Both the position numbers and the translations under genes were made by a program. DNA of 64,000 bases from Obrimoposthia wandeli (taxonomy: Eukaryota). The notes beneath the pieces are model-generated. The model did no database searches, was not told where the DNA came from, and was given only the letters and a program-made list of their open reading frames with translations. Below, piece after piece: positions 1-9,555 of the stretch. The stretch is taken from positions 434,001 to 498,000 of the forward strand of contig CDROCS010002866.1 of the NCBI GenBank assembly GCA_977020255.1, in the 5' to 3' direction. Each line of letters opens with the position of its first letter. Position 1 is the first letter of the stretch.

Positions 1-861
1 TTTAGTCCCTGACCCAATAGAGAAATGTGCAGTAGCTGCAGCATCACCCATTAGCACTACATTTTCATGTGACCATCTTTCGCACAGTACACGCGGAAAA
101 TTAATCCATGCTGAGCCGCGAACATGATTCGCATTGGTGAGTAAACTTTCACCTTGTAAATGCTTGGCAAAGACTTTTTCACACACCGCGATTGACTCAG
201 CTTGTGTCATTTCATCGAAACCATAATTGCGATGCGTTTCGCTACTGCACTCTACAATAAAAGTCGCATGCTCATCATCAAATTGGTAAGCGTGCGCCCA
301 AAGCCAACCTTTGTCCGTTTTTTCAAAAATGAAGGTGAAAGCACCATCAAATTTTTGTTTAGTGCCATACCAAATAAACTTACAGTCACGTACATCTATA
401 TCAGGTTTAAAAAACTCTTCATATTTAGTGCGTATTTTGGAGCGTAAACCATCGCTGGCGATCACTAAATCATATTCTTTTTGATAGCGTTCAATATCTA
501 ATGCTTCGGTTTCAAAGCGTAAATCAACTCCCAATTCAGCTGCACGCTGGTGTAATAAAATGAGTAGCTGCTTGCGCCCTATTCCACAAAAACCATGCCC
601 AGTTGATAAAGTACGAGTACCGCCATGAACCACGGCAATATCATCCCAATAAGCGAAGTGCTGGCGAATGGCAGCGGCGCTTACAGCATCATTTTCAGCA
701 AAGTTATCCAAGGTTTCATCAGAAAACACTACACCCCAGCCAAAAGTATTATCGGGTTTATTGCGCTCTATCACTGTTATTTGATGGGATGGATCACGTA
801 ATTTCATGCTGATCGCAAAATACAAACCGGCGGGGCCACCACCTAAACACGCTACTTTCAT
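1..861 (-). CDS. FAD-dependent monooxygenase, AbmA/salicylyl-CoA 5-hydroxylase family (probable anthraniloyl-CoA monooxygenase/reductase), 5' part only; runs off the left edge
   Basis: Not in the ORF track (no stop inside the window). Manual translation from ATG at 861 gives MKVACLGGGPAGLYFAISMKLRDPSHQITVIERNKPDNTFGWGVVFSD (Rossmann GxGxxG plus the family TFGWGVVFSD motif). Positions 60-1 read VVLMGDAAATAHFSIGSGTK in the same frame. Confidence 0.88.
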   Translation of the reverse strand, partial: MKVACLGGGPAGLYFAISMKLRDPSHQITVIERNKPDNTFGWGVVFSDETLDNFAENDAVSAAAIRQHFAYWDDIAVVHGGTRTLSTGHGFCGIGRKQLLILLHQRAAELGVDLRFETEALDIERYQKEYDLVIASDGLRSKIRTKYEEFFKPDIDVRDCKFIWYGTKQKFDGAFTFIFEKTDKGWLWAHAYQFDDEHATFIVECSSETHRNYGFDEMTQAESIAVCEKVFAKHLQGESLLTNANHVRGSAWINFPRVLCERWSHENVVLMGDAAATAHFSIGSGTK

Positions 862-1154
862 TATTTTAATCCCCTCATTCATTAACCCGTAGATAGAAAA
901 CGGTCGCTGATAATTATTCTCTATTGTCTATTTTAAATTCTATTGTTTATTACATTTTCATATTTGAACTGCAGCATCTTTAAGAACCTTTACTTATAAC
1001 TAGCACTTAAAATTAATAGTTAATCTGCATGCTTATGCCTTAAACTTATCGCTAAAACTAGCAACCTTAATTGGAGTACTATCGCTTAAGTTTCATAATA
1101 ATAGCGGCGCTGTAATGCAACTTTAATTCAATATATTGCCTCGCTTTAAAATAT

Positions 1155-1182
1155 ATTTCAAGCTTAAAGCTTTAAATATAAA
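1155..1182. promoter_or_regulatory. Candidate transcription-factor operator (two 14-bp units) in the divergent abmA-like/gcdH intergenic region
   Basis: ATTTCAAGCTTAAAGCTTTAAATATAAA is 23/28 identical to 19167-19194 upstream of kynA. Confidence 0.55.
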
Positions 1183-1364
1183 ATTTATTTTCTTATAGCA
1201 TAGAATTCCATTAGCGCTTGTGTCAGGATTAATACAATAAAGTTACATTTTTTGATTCTTATCTACACAAAGTTAGTTAAAACAGTTTATTGTCTATATG
1301 CTGACGTTTGTTAGTAGAAAAATCATATATTTAGTAACACCTTTTTTTACCTAGGAGAAACTCG

Positions 1365-2570
1365 ATGACCCCGGAACAAGCTAGATCAAAGCCTGCTAAT
1401 GTGCAGTGGGATGATATTTTTTTACTCGATGCACAACTTAATGACGAAGAGCGCATGGTAAGAGATGCAGCTAATGCATACTGCCAAGATAAGCTTGCCA
1501 CACGGGTTATTGAAGCGAATCGCAACGAAGTATTCCATCCGGAAATCATGACGGAACTTGGCGAACTTGGCATGTTAGGCCTAACACTTCCAGAAACATA
1601 CGGCTGTGCTGGCTTATCTTATGTCTCTTATGGGTTAGTGGCACGTGAAGTAGAGCGTGTTGATTCTGGTTATCGCTCTGCTATGAGTGTGCAATCATCT
1701 TTAGTAATGCATCCTATTTATGCTTATGGGACTGAAGAACAACGCCAAAAATATCTTCCTAAATTAGCGACTGGCGAAATGATTGGCTGCTTTGGTTTAA
1801 CAGAGCCTGATCACGGTTCAGACCCTTCAGGTATGCTCACTAAAGCTAAGAAAGTAGACGGCGGTTATCTTATAAGTGGCGCTAAAAACTGGATCACTAA
1901 CTCTCCTATTGCCGATGTATTCATTGTGTGGGCAAAATCAGATGAACATGACAACAAAATCAAAGGCTTCATTCTAGAAAAAGGTATGAAAGGATTAGTA
2001 GCCCCTAAGATCGAGGGTAAATTTTCTTTACGCGCATCAATCACTGGTATGATTATGATGGATGAAGTGTTTGTTCCCGATGAAAACTTATTACCTAATG
2101 TAGCAGGACTTGCCGGTCCTTTCGGCTGTTTAAACAAAGCACGTTTCGGTATTGCATGGGGCTCGTTAGGCGCCGCAGAAGATTGCTGGCATAAGGCTCG
2201 CACTTATACTCTTGATCGTAAGCAATTTGGTAAACCACTGGCTGCTAATCAGCTGATTCAAAAGAAACTGGCTGATATGCAAACTGAAATTAGCCTAGGC
2301 CTTCAAGGTGCTTTGCAAATGGGCCGCCTAATGGATGCCGGTAATGTCAGCGCTGAACTTATCTCGCTAATGAAGCGTAATAACTGTGGTAAATCACTTG
2401 ATATTGCCCGTACTGCTCGTGATATGCACGGTGGTAATGGCGTAAGCGACGAATACGGTGTTATTCGCCATGTAATGAATTTGGAAGCCGTAAATACTTA
2501 TGAAGGTACTCATGATATTCACGCGTTGATATTAGGGCGCGCTCAAACAGGTATTCAAGCTTTCCAATGA
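1365..2570 (+). CDS. gcdH: Glutaryl-CoA dehydrogenase
   Basis: Acyl-CoA dehydrogenase motifs [23 protein letters not shown] and [25 protein letters not shown], typical of GCDH. Confidence 0.93.
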   Translation: MTPEQARSKPANVQWDDIFLLDAQLNDEERMVRDAANAYCQDKLATRVIEANRNEVFHPEIMTELGELGMLGLTLPETYGCAGLSYVSYGLVAREVERVDSGYRSAMSVQSSLVMHPIYAYGTEEQRQKYLPKLATGEMIGCFGLTEPDHGSDPSGMLTKAKKVDGGYLISGAKNWITNSPIADVFIVWAKSDEHDNKIKGFILEKGMKGLVAPKIEGKFSLRASITGMIMMDEVFVPDENLLPNVAGLAGPFGCLNKARFGIAWGSLGAAEDCWHKARTYTLDRKQFGKPLAANQLIQKKLADMQTEISLGLQGALQMGRLMDAGNVSAELISLMKRNNCGKSLDIARTARDMHGGNGVSDEYGVIRHVMNLEAVNTYEGTHDIHALILGRAQTGIQAFQ

Positions 2571-3403
2571 TAGACCAACAACTTTACCCTATTAAAGATT
2601 GGGATGATGCCTATGCTAATGCAAGCCACATCCCTAATGGCTTACAATATTTAGATGCTTGGGCCACTGATGCTGCAGCCTTTCGCCGGGAGCAGCAAGC
2701 ACTTGGCAAAGCAGACCTAGATATTAGTTATGGGCCCAAGGAGCGCAATAAGTTTGATCTTTTTCATCCAAAAGGAGAAAGCAAAGGCTTAGTAGTATTT
2801 GTGCACGGTGGGTTTTGGCTAATGCTCGATAAGAACGCTTGGTCCCACTTAGCAAAAGGCAGTTTAGAGGCAGGTTTTAGTGTAGCGATGCCCTCTTATA
2901 CCTTGTGCCCACAAGCTTCAATTAGTGACATTGTTGCTGAAATTGGCGCAGCTATTGAGGCTGCAGCTAAGCTCGTTAACGGTGAAGTCCGCCTCACTGG
3001 ACACTCAGCTGGCGGTCACTTAGTAACAAGTATGCTCTGCGAAGATAGCCCTTTAAGCCTTAAGGTGTTAAAGCGCGTTGTAAAAACAGTTTCGATTTCA
3101 GGGGTACATGATTTACGCCCGTTGCTTAATACTGCTATGAATGAAAAATTGCAGTTAACAACTGAGCAAGCAACTACCTTAAGCCCCGTTTTGAAAAGCC
3201 CTGCACATTTAGCGCCTTTCACCTGTTGGGTAGGCAGTGACGAGCGCCCTGAGTTTCTGCGCTTAAATAAACTGCAAGCTCAAATTTGGCAGAGCTTTGC
3301 ATTACAAACAGATTGGGTTGAAGAAAAAGGGAAACATCATTTTAATGTAGTCGATGGTTTAATGGATCAAAAACACCCTTTGATGCAATCTTTGCTGGCT
3401 TAA
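2567..3403 (+). CDS. Alpha/beta hydrolase, probable arylformamidase/kynurenine formamidase (AFMID-like)
   Basis: HGGFW oxyanion motif, GHSAGG nucleophile elbow and C-terminal HHF. ATGA overlap with the gcdH stop. Tryptophan-catabolic context. Confidence 0.7.
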   Translation: MIDQQLYPIKDWDDAYANASHIPNGLQYLDAWATDAAAFRREQQALGKADLDISYGPKERNKFDLFHPKGESKGLVVFVHGGFWLMLDKNAWSHLAKGSLEAGFSVAMPSYTLCPQASISDIVAEIGAAIEAAAKLVNGEVRLTGHSAGGHLVTSMLCEDSPLSLKVLKRVVKTVSISGVHDLRPLLNTAMNEKLQLTTEQATTLSPVLKSPAHLAPFTCWVGSDERPEFLRLNKLQAQIWQSFALQTDWVEEKGKHHFNVVDGLMDQKHPLMQSLLA

Positions 3404-3653
3404 AGCTTGATACCTCTCATAAAGGAAAAAGGAAAAAAGTGAAATTTTGTTTTATTTCATCTTTAGCTAGTACATAATCACTTTAGAGGCTTTCGTAAAA
3501 TGTAGCGAGCAATGATAAAGCGGGGAAAAACGACGCCATTACCAGATTTATACTTATAAATCAGTATAGTGGATCGATTCTTAACCCATTGTTATTGAGT
3601 GCTATAATTTTGCATTACCCCTCTTTATTAATATAAGGTTTAAGGGAATACTC

Positions 3654-3932
3654 ATGGTTTCAACAATTGTTTTGATGAATGTAGCACGTGGTCAATCGAG
3701 TAACGTTGGTGAAAAACTGGCGGCAATGAATGGCGTAACCGAAGTATATTCAGTTGCCGGAGCTTACGATATCGTCGCACTGGTTAGAACTGAAAACAAT
3801 GAACAACTCGCTGATTTAGTATCGACAGAAATTGGCAAGATAGATGAAATCACTGCGACACAAACAATGATCGCATTTAAAACTTTCTCAAAGTTTGATT
3901 TAGATTCAATGTTCTCTATCGGTATGGATTAA
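3654..3932 (+). CDS. Stand-alone Lrp/AsnC ligand-binding (RAM) domain protein, no HTH
   Basis: 92 aa; GVTEVYSVAGAYDIVALV pattern of the Lrp C-terminal domain; followed by a terminator. Confidence 0.8.
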   Translation: MVSTIVLMNVARGQSSNVGEKLAAMNGVTEVYSVAGAYDIVALVRTENNEQLADLVSTEIGKIDEITATQTMIAFKTFSKFDLDSMFSIGMD

Positions 3933-3945
3933 AAATCCATTTACT

Positions 3946-3970
3946 AAAGCCCGCTTAAGCGGGCTTTTTT
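3946..3970 (+). terminator. Rho-independent terminator
   Basis: AAAGCCCGC-TTAA-GCGGGCTTT followed by a T run. Confidence 0.85.
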
Positions 3971-4085
3971 ATGACCTAAAATTTTACTTTTTACGGTTTA
4001 ACCTATATTTTTCAACTGTATTCTTTCATTACATTACTTCAGTACATTATTTTATTACTTAAAGACACTTCCTGGGCAAAATATC

Positions 4086-5573
4086 ATGAGCAACATAGAT
4101 TTCAGTAAAAAGATTCACGCCCAAAGACCTTTTGGTAAAGATGCAGCAACCAAAGAAAACATACCTAAAAAAACACCACAGCAATTGCAACGCAGTTTTG
4201 AAAGCGATCGTGGACGCATTATCAATAGCGCCGCTATTCGCAGGTTACAGCAAAAAACACAAGTATTTCCACTTGAAAAAAATGCCGCAGTTCGCAGCCG
4301 TCTTACTCATTCTATGGAAGTGCAGCAAGTAGGCCGTTATATAGTACAAAGTATTTTTACTAAGCTCAGCGATGCACAATTAAAGGAATTTGGCTTAACA
4401 GGTTTAGAGCGCTGTATTGAGTCACTGGTTGAAATGTCATGCCTAATGCACGATATTGGCAACCCCCCTTTTGGTCACTTTGGCGAACAAGCAATAAATC
4501 AATGGTTTATTAACAACTTAGAATCTCTGACGCAAACACATAATAGTGAAGGGGTGAAAATTAGCCTTTTTCAAGATCGCCCTGAGCTCGCCCGTGATAT
4601 TCAACAGTTTGAAGGTAACGCACAAGCCATTCGCTTAATTCACTGCGTCCTTAATTTAAACCTCACATACAGCCAAGCGGCGGGAATATTAAAATACACT
4701 CGCCCAGCCACTTTAGAGAAAAGTGCAGTCAATACCGATAAAAGCTACTTGATGAAAAAGGTTGGATACTATTTTAGCGAAACTAGTTTCATAGAAGAGA
4801 TGTCTAACAGCCTTCAGCTTGAACAAGGTTGCAGATTTCCACTGTCTTATATTATGGAAGCGGCTGATGATATCTCTTATTGCTTAGCCGACATTGAAGA
4901 CGCTGTTGAGAAAGGTATTTTGAGCACTGCACGTTTGTCTCAGCTACTAGAGCAAACTTATACTGATGTGCTAAAACATAAATTTAAAATCGACGATCCC
5001 AGTGCCATAACAAGGATGCAGAAATATCTCAAAGATGCCCAACAAAGCAGCAGTTTCTTTATCAGTTTAAGAGTGTCTCTATCACATCCTCTAGTGAAGC
5101 ATGCCACGCAGCAGTTTATTCAAAATATTGATCAAGTATATCAAGGTAGCTATAACAATGCCCTGCTAGAAGATAACAGCTGCTTTCATGCCATTATTGA
5201 AACCCTCAAAAAAGTGGCTATCAACTATGTATTTTGCCATCCAGAAGTTGAAAGACTAGAGCTACAGGGATATCGCATCATAAGTGGGTTACTTGACTGC
5301 TACAAACCTTTGTTAGCGCTGCCTCATGCCCAGTTTGCACTGACCTTAGCTAACAAAAAAGAAGCGCCGTTAATCGCTAAACTGTTGGCTAAAAAACTGC
5401 CTGCCCGCCACGTTTCAACTTATAGCGAAGCGATAAGAAAACTTGAGCGTGATCAAGCTGACTTTCTTAGTTTAGAATTTTATCATCGCTGTCGTTTAAT
5501 CCAAGATTACATTAGCGGCATGACAGATCAGTTCGCCTATGATGAATATCGTATGATGATGGTGATTGACTAG
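4086..5573 (+). CDS. dgt: dGTP triphosphohydrolase (HD domain, long ~500-aa Dgt type)
   Basis: RRLQQKTQVFPLE, RSRLTHSMEV, CLMHDIGNPPFGHFGE, FEGNAQ, IMEAADDISY and DYISGMTD motifs. Confidence 0.92.
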   Translation: MSNIDFSKKIHAQRPFGKDAATKENIPKKTPQQLQRSFESDRGRIINSAAIRRLQQKTQVFPLEKNAAVRSRLTHSMEVQQVGRYIVQSIFTKLSDAQLKEFGLTGLERCIESLVEMSCLMHDIGNPPFGHFGEQAINQWFINNLESLTQTHNSEGVKISLFQDRPELARDIQQFEGNAQAIRLIHCVLNLNLTYSQAAGILKYTRPATLEKSAVNTDKSYLMKKVGYYFSETSFIEEMSNSLQLEQGCRFPLSYIMEAADDISYCLADIEDAVEKGILSTARLSQLLEQTYTDVLKHKFKIDDPSAITRMQKYLKDAQQSSSFFISLRVSLSHPLVKHATQQFIQNIDQVYQGSYNNALLEDNSCFHAIIETLKKVAINYVFCHPEVERLELQGYRIISGLLDCYKPLLALPHAQFALTLANKKEAPLIAKLLAKKLPARHVSTYSEAIRKLERDQADFLSLEFYHRCRLIQDYISGMTDQFAYDEYRMMMVID

Positions 5574-5592
5574 CGCGGTTTTATAGCTTTTA

Positions 5593-5612
5593 ACAGAGCT
5601 TTTTAGCTCTGT
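5593..5612 (+). terminator. Hairpin downstream of dgt, probable terminator
   Basis: ACAGAGCT-TTTT-AGCTCTGT perfect 8-bp stem about 20 nt after the stop. Confidence 0.5.
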
Positions 5613-5736
5613 GCTTACTGCCTTCCAAGTCTTTTAGCTTTTTTTGCTCCCTACTTTCGGTTTTTCATCCCCACTACCGTTTTCTTTTCAAATTAGAATT
5701 TAAAATCCCCAGAATTAATCTGGCATTCACCTGTGC

Positions 5737-5773
5737 CCAGTTAAATTTTTGTTGCTCTTTAACTCATTGATTT
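5737..5773 (-). repeat. Copy 1 of a dispersed 37-bp repeat containing an IHF-consensus core
   Basis: Reverse complement AAATCAATGAGTTAAAGAGCAACAAAAATTTAACTGG matches 58933-58969 at 33/37. Confidence 0.65.
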
Positions 5774-6013
5774 CAAGTTAACTATAAATGTTATTTAGCT
5801 TAAAAATCCAATTAACTATGCTAGAAAACCACAAATCAATGAGTAAAGAGCTTACACTTTTTAGCCGAACAGCAATGACTTACATGCAAAAAAACTAAAG
5901 AAAATGAGAGTTTTTAGCTTTTGCTGGCACAACATTAAGTAACCAGCTTTTGCATAAATATGTTCAAGCACATCAATATTAAATCCAGCTTACTCTTCTT
6001 AAGGAAGCGATTT

Positions 6014-6829
6014 ATGCCTTTAACTAATATCCCTCACTTTATGGTTGTTCACGGTGTGCAAACCGGCACTGATGATGATATTGAAAGCGACTTGCAAATT
6101 AAGAAGCTACTACACAAACAATTAGATAATATTGATTTGCATGTAGATTTTGAAGTTATAGGGGTTACCTATGAAGATATCAATGATGAAGCGCAAAGAC
6201 CTTACCAATGGCTGTTAGAAGCATTAGTAAAAAGTACTCCTTTAACTTCTTTACTATTAAGCAGAATTGCCGATGTAGTTGGCGATGTGTATAGCGCATC
6301 TAAAGGGACTAAAACCGCCAATAAAATTCGCGCTAAAATAAAAAAACGTATTTTGAAATCTTTCAATGCCGGTCACCCTGTCTACCTTGTCGCACATAGT
6401 TTAGGCACTGTTTACTGCTTGGATGTATTGTGTGAACTTATGCAAGAAAGTGATTATTTCTCGCACAACAGCTTAGATTGCTGGCCAGTGCATAGCTTTA
6501 TTTCTATGGGTAGTCCTTTAGGTTTAACCTCTATTTTTAAACAGCGAGAAATTCCACCTATCCGGCAGCCTTTAGCTTTTCCTTTTAGTTGGCATAATTT
6601 TCATCACCCTTTAGACCCAGTTGTTTCTGGTAATGCCTTTGGCGCGCCCACTAAATATAAAGGCGCGCTAGGCCCTGTAGAAAATACCTATAAAGAAGCG
6701 GCCAAAAGCGCTCACTGGTCGATTGAGGGTCATAGAACAGTACAAAGTGCACAGTGGCTTATTGCTCATATAAGTTATTGGCAAGAGCCTATCATAGGCG
6801 ATACTTTAATCGACATCGCTTGGGGATAA
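6014..6829 (+). CDS. Hypothetical alpha/beta-hydrolase (lipase-like) protein
   Basis: VHG motif near the N-terminus, AHSLG elbow, MGSPLG, D and C-terminal H. ATG 6014 chosen because AAGGAAG lies at 6001-6007 (the track starts at 5960). Confidence 0.7.
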   Translation: MPLTNIPHFMVVHGVQTGTDDDIESDLQIKKLLHKQLDNIDLHVDFEVIGVTYEDINDEAQRPYQWLLEALVKSTPLTSLLLSRIADVVGDVYSASKGTKTANKIRAKIKKRILKSFNAGHPVYLVAHSLGTVYCLDVLCELMQESDYFSHNSLDCWPVHSFISMGSPLGLTSIFKQREIPPIRQPLAFPFSWHNFHHPLDPVVSGNAFGAPTKYKGALGPVENTYKEAAKSAHWSIEGHRTVQSAQWLIAHISYWQEPIIGDTLIDIAWG

Positions 6830-6831
6830 AT

Positions 6832-7410
6832 ATGCTACAACACTGCGTTTTACGTAAAAGAGTTATTTTTATGGGTTTATTAGCTTCACTACAAGCTTGT
6901 TCTTCCAATCAAAGATTCAGTGCCTCAGGCCCTGTCACTATGCCTGATCAATCACTATCAGTGGCGATTATTTACTGGGACAAGCTGGTAGGCCGCACGT
7001 GGTATGGAGCTAAACTTAATATTGTACAATCAGATGTTAGATTAAGAGTGTGCCAAAAAGGGGCCATTGTTAAACGTTTTGATGAAAACAATACTAGTCA
7101 AACCTTGCAGCTTAAAAAACGCGCCGGTGACACAAAAATACTGAGGCTAAACGATTTAGGCCAACTGATAGATAACACACCTGATGCTCCATCTACATCT
7201 GTAACAGAGCAAAATAATTGTGCTAAAATTTTAGTCGATAATAAAAACGCTAAACAGCAGGAACTCATCGTCAATACCGCCCCTAGCTTAGCGATCACTT
7301 GTCAAAGCGTGAAACAAAACCGCTACCCTAAACCGGGTTTGTACCCACTGGGAAAAATTAGCAAAAGCGATATAGAGCCTGATGCAAAAGCGAACCTGTG
7401 CCCTAAGTAA
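6832..7410 (+). CDS. Hypothetical lipoprotein
   Basis: ATG 2 nt after the upstream stop; basic N-terminus, hydrophobic stretch and LQAC lipobox. The track ORF starts at 6754, overlapping the upstream gene. Confidence 0.6.
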   Translation: MLQHCVLRKRVIFMGLLASLQACSSNQRFSASGPVTMPDQSLSVAIIYWDKLVGRTWYGAKLNIVQSDVRLRVCQKGAIVKRFDENNTSQTLQLKKRAGDTKILRLNDLGQLIDNTPDAPSTSVTEQNNCAKILVDNKNAKQQELIVNTAPSLAITCQSVKQNRYPKPGLYPLGKISKSDIEPDAKANLCPK

Positions 7411-7412
7411 TA

Positions 7413-8732
7413 TTAATCTCTACTAAAACGTTCAGTGCGTATTTGCGCATCCGCAATTTTTAAATGCTTTGCAATGCTATGTAGCTCTTCCATTAAAGTG
7501 GGTGGGCCGCATGCATAAATGACCGTATCAGGTTGAATACCGGCTAGTAGCGCCGCTAGTTTTAATCGATTATCAGCAGCAGAGCAATAGAGCGTTATTT
7601 GTTTATCAAAACGCTCTAACAACTCATCAACAAACGCCATTTTATTTACTTCACGCCCCGCATAATGCAACTGCGCCTCAACTCCATTTTGGTTAAAACT
7701 TTCTAGCATTGCTTTAATCGGTGTAATGCCAATGCCCGCTGCTATTAATAGCGCTGGGCGCTTATCTAAATGAATCCGGAATTCATTCAATGGATTGGCA
7801 CAATTGAGCACGCTACCTAATTCTAGTTGCTGGTGAATTGCTTGTGAGCCGCTTTCTCCCTTAATTTCACTCTTGCCTTTCCCGTTGCTTTCACATTGCA
7901 CTGCTATATCGTAGTACTTTCGTTGGTGAGGGTTAGAGCAAATCGAGTAATCACGTACACTAATTACTCGTTTAGTAAGTGCCGTGCTTTCTATTGCCAC
8001 AGGCACTCGTAAATGTGCGCCTGCTTGTACTTCAGGTAGTAGCTGACCGTTTACTTGCTTTAAACGATAGCTTCTAATTGTGGGGGTTAATTGGCTAATA
8101 GCGCAGACAACTAAAGATAACGGACCATTACCAAACTCATTTACCTTACTTGGCAATGCCGAGCTACCTTGAGTGGTGTGCGATGCCATTAGCACTTCTA
8201 CTTGTGCTTGGTTATATCTAGGGCTGATAAATTTAGGACAATTCCAGTCAAAAGCGATGACCTCAAGTACGAAAGCGCGTTCTACATTGGCTCGATAGTC
8301 ACCAATGGCAAGCTTTGCTAATAGAGTGGTCTCATCACTTCTCAGTTGCCGTATTTTACCTAATAATTTCAATCGAGTTTGATTAACGTAATCCATAAAA
8401 AACAACGCAACTTTATCGTTATTTTTAAAGTTTGCAGTGCTCACATACTGCCTATTGCCACTAAAATCGGCAAAACCAAGTGTTTTTTCATCAAGGATAC
8501 GCATAAACCCAACGGGGCCACCACGGTGCTGTATATATGGCCACTGCGTTTCACTGACACTGGCCATATAAAAGCTATCTCGTGCTGCAATAAATTCGGT
8601 TTCTGCATATCCTAATTGATGATTGTAATCAGGCCCTTCATCCATACTAGCATATCCACGGCGACTACCTAATTCACTTTGCACCTCTCGCACTGCGTTA
8701 GTGAAAGCTATTTCGGCAAATTTATGACCCAT
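7413..8732 (-). CDS. Pyridoxamine 5'-phosphate oxidase-like FMN-split-barrel domain fused to an FAD/NAD-binding ferredoxin-reductase module
   Basis: PYIQHRGGPVGF and ADFSGNRQY (PNPOx-like); RDYSICS, GSQAIH, IAAGIGITP and YACGP (FNR/PDR). Start at ATG 8732 (MGHKFAEIAFT). Confidence 0.85.
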   Translation of the reverse strand: MGHKFAEIAFTNAVREVQSELGSRRGYASMDEGPDYNHQLGYAETEFIAARDSFYMASVSETQWPYIQHRGGPVGFMRILDEKTLGFADFSGNRQYVSTANFKNNDKVALFFMDYVNQTRLKLLGKIRQLRSDETTLLAKLAIGDYRANVERAFVLEVIAFDWNCPKFISPRYNQAQVEVLMASHTTQGSSALPSKVNEFGNGPLSLVVCAISQLTPTIRSYRLKQVNGQLLPEVQAGAHLRVPVAIESTALTKRVISVRDYSICSNPHQRKYYDIAVQCESNGKGKSEIKGESGSQAIHQQLELGSVLNCANPLNEFRIHLDKRPALLIAAGIGITPIKAMLESFNQNGVEAQLHYAGREVNKMAFVDELLERFDKQITLYCSAADNRLKLAALLAGIQPDTVIYACGPPTLMEELHSIAKHLKIADAQIRTERFSRD

Positions 8733-9099
8733 ATTCTTATCCTTTAACTGATTACAAATTACAATTACACGCGCTAATTTGTACATTAAACCCTACAAAC
8801 TATTTAGCGGTTTTGAATTTTAGGCACAACGTATCAAGGGCTCTCAAACAATACAAAATCGGCGAAATAGCGTATCTATTTTACGAAACTGCTGGTGTAA
8901 AAAAACTAACAGCTGTGTAATGAAGCCTTGGTTCACACTGCAGCTTATTACTACCCTTGCAACTACACTCATTTTCACAACCAATTCCATAAATGTAATC
9001 CCGGAAAACTTCTAAGCAATGAAGGATACAACAGATCACACAAAGACAAGTGTCGGCCCTTAACTTCACCTCCTCACCACATTAAGAACAACGCTATCA

Positions 9100-9555
9100 T
9101 TACAAATAAACTTGCCAGTGCTGTAGACCTTTGAGCATTATTTGATGATCTTCAAAACCACAAGATTGGTAGAGCGATTTAGCCACGATGTTATCGTCAT
9201 CTACTTCTAAGGTAACCTTCAGGTAATTTTTGGCGCGACTCTCACTCAACACCGCTTCTAATAATATTCGACTAAGGCCACTGCCACGAAATGCTTTTGC
9301 AATCATCAAGTCATGAATATTTAAAAAGAATTGCTGGCGATAAGTAGAAAAAGATTCATAACACAATGCAAAACCAGCTGCTTGATTATCCTGATAGCAC
9401 AAAAAGCCTTTCAAAAACGGCAATGTAAACAAGGTATCCACAACACTAGCTTCTATTTTCACAGGCAATTCATCACTGTACAGCGTAAACAGTGTTTTTA
9501 AATCCGTTTTATGCACTTCACTTGTGCAATCAAGAGCGATTATTGAAACTGTCAA
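9100..9555 (-). CDS. GNAT family N-acetyltransferase
   Basis: NIHDLMI...FRGSGLS acetyl-CoA motif A, LEVDDDNIVAKSLYQSCGF. TTG start with an AGGAGG RBS. Confidence 0.85.
   Translation of the reverse strand: MTVSIIALDCTSEVHKTDLKTLFTLYSDELPVKIEASVVDTLFTLPFLKGFLCYQDNQAAGFALCYESFSTYRQQFFLNIHDLMIAKAFRGSGLSRILLEAVLSESRAKNYLKVTLEVDDDNIVAKSLYQSCGFEDHQIMLKGLQHWQVYL

Noticed and set aside
202-812. Plus-strand ORFs 202-447 and 603-812
   Set aside because: Antisense shadows of the AbmA-like gene on the minus strand.
3545-3562. Perfect 8-bp-arm palindrome GATTTATA-CT-TATAAATC upstream of the Lrp-domain gene
   Set aside because: Single AT-only occurrence; could be an operator, but there is no second copy or cognate regulator to support it.
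8881-9134. Cys-rich ORF 8881-9069 (-), ORF 8928-9134 (+) and a 31-aa ORF at 8920
   Set aside because: No recognisable family; the AGGAGG overlaps the GTG start instead of preceding it; the ORFs overlap one another.
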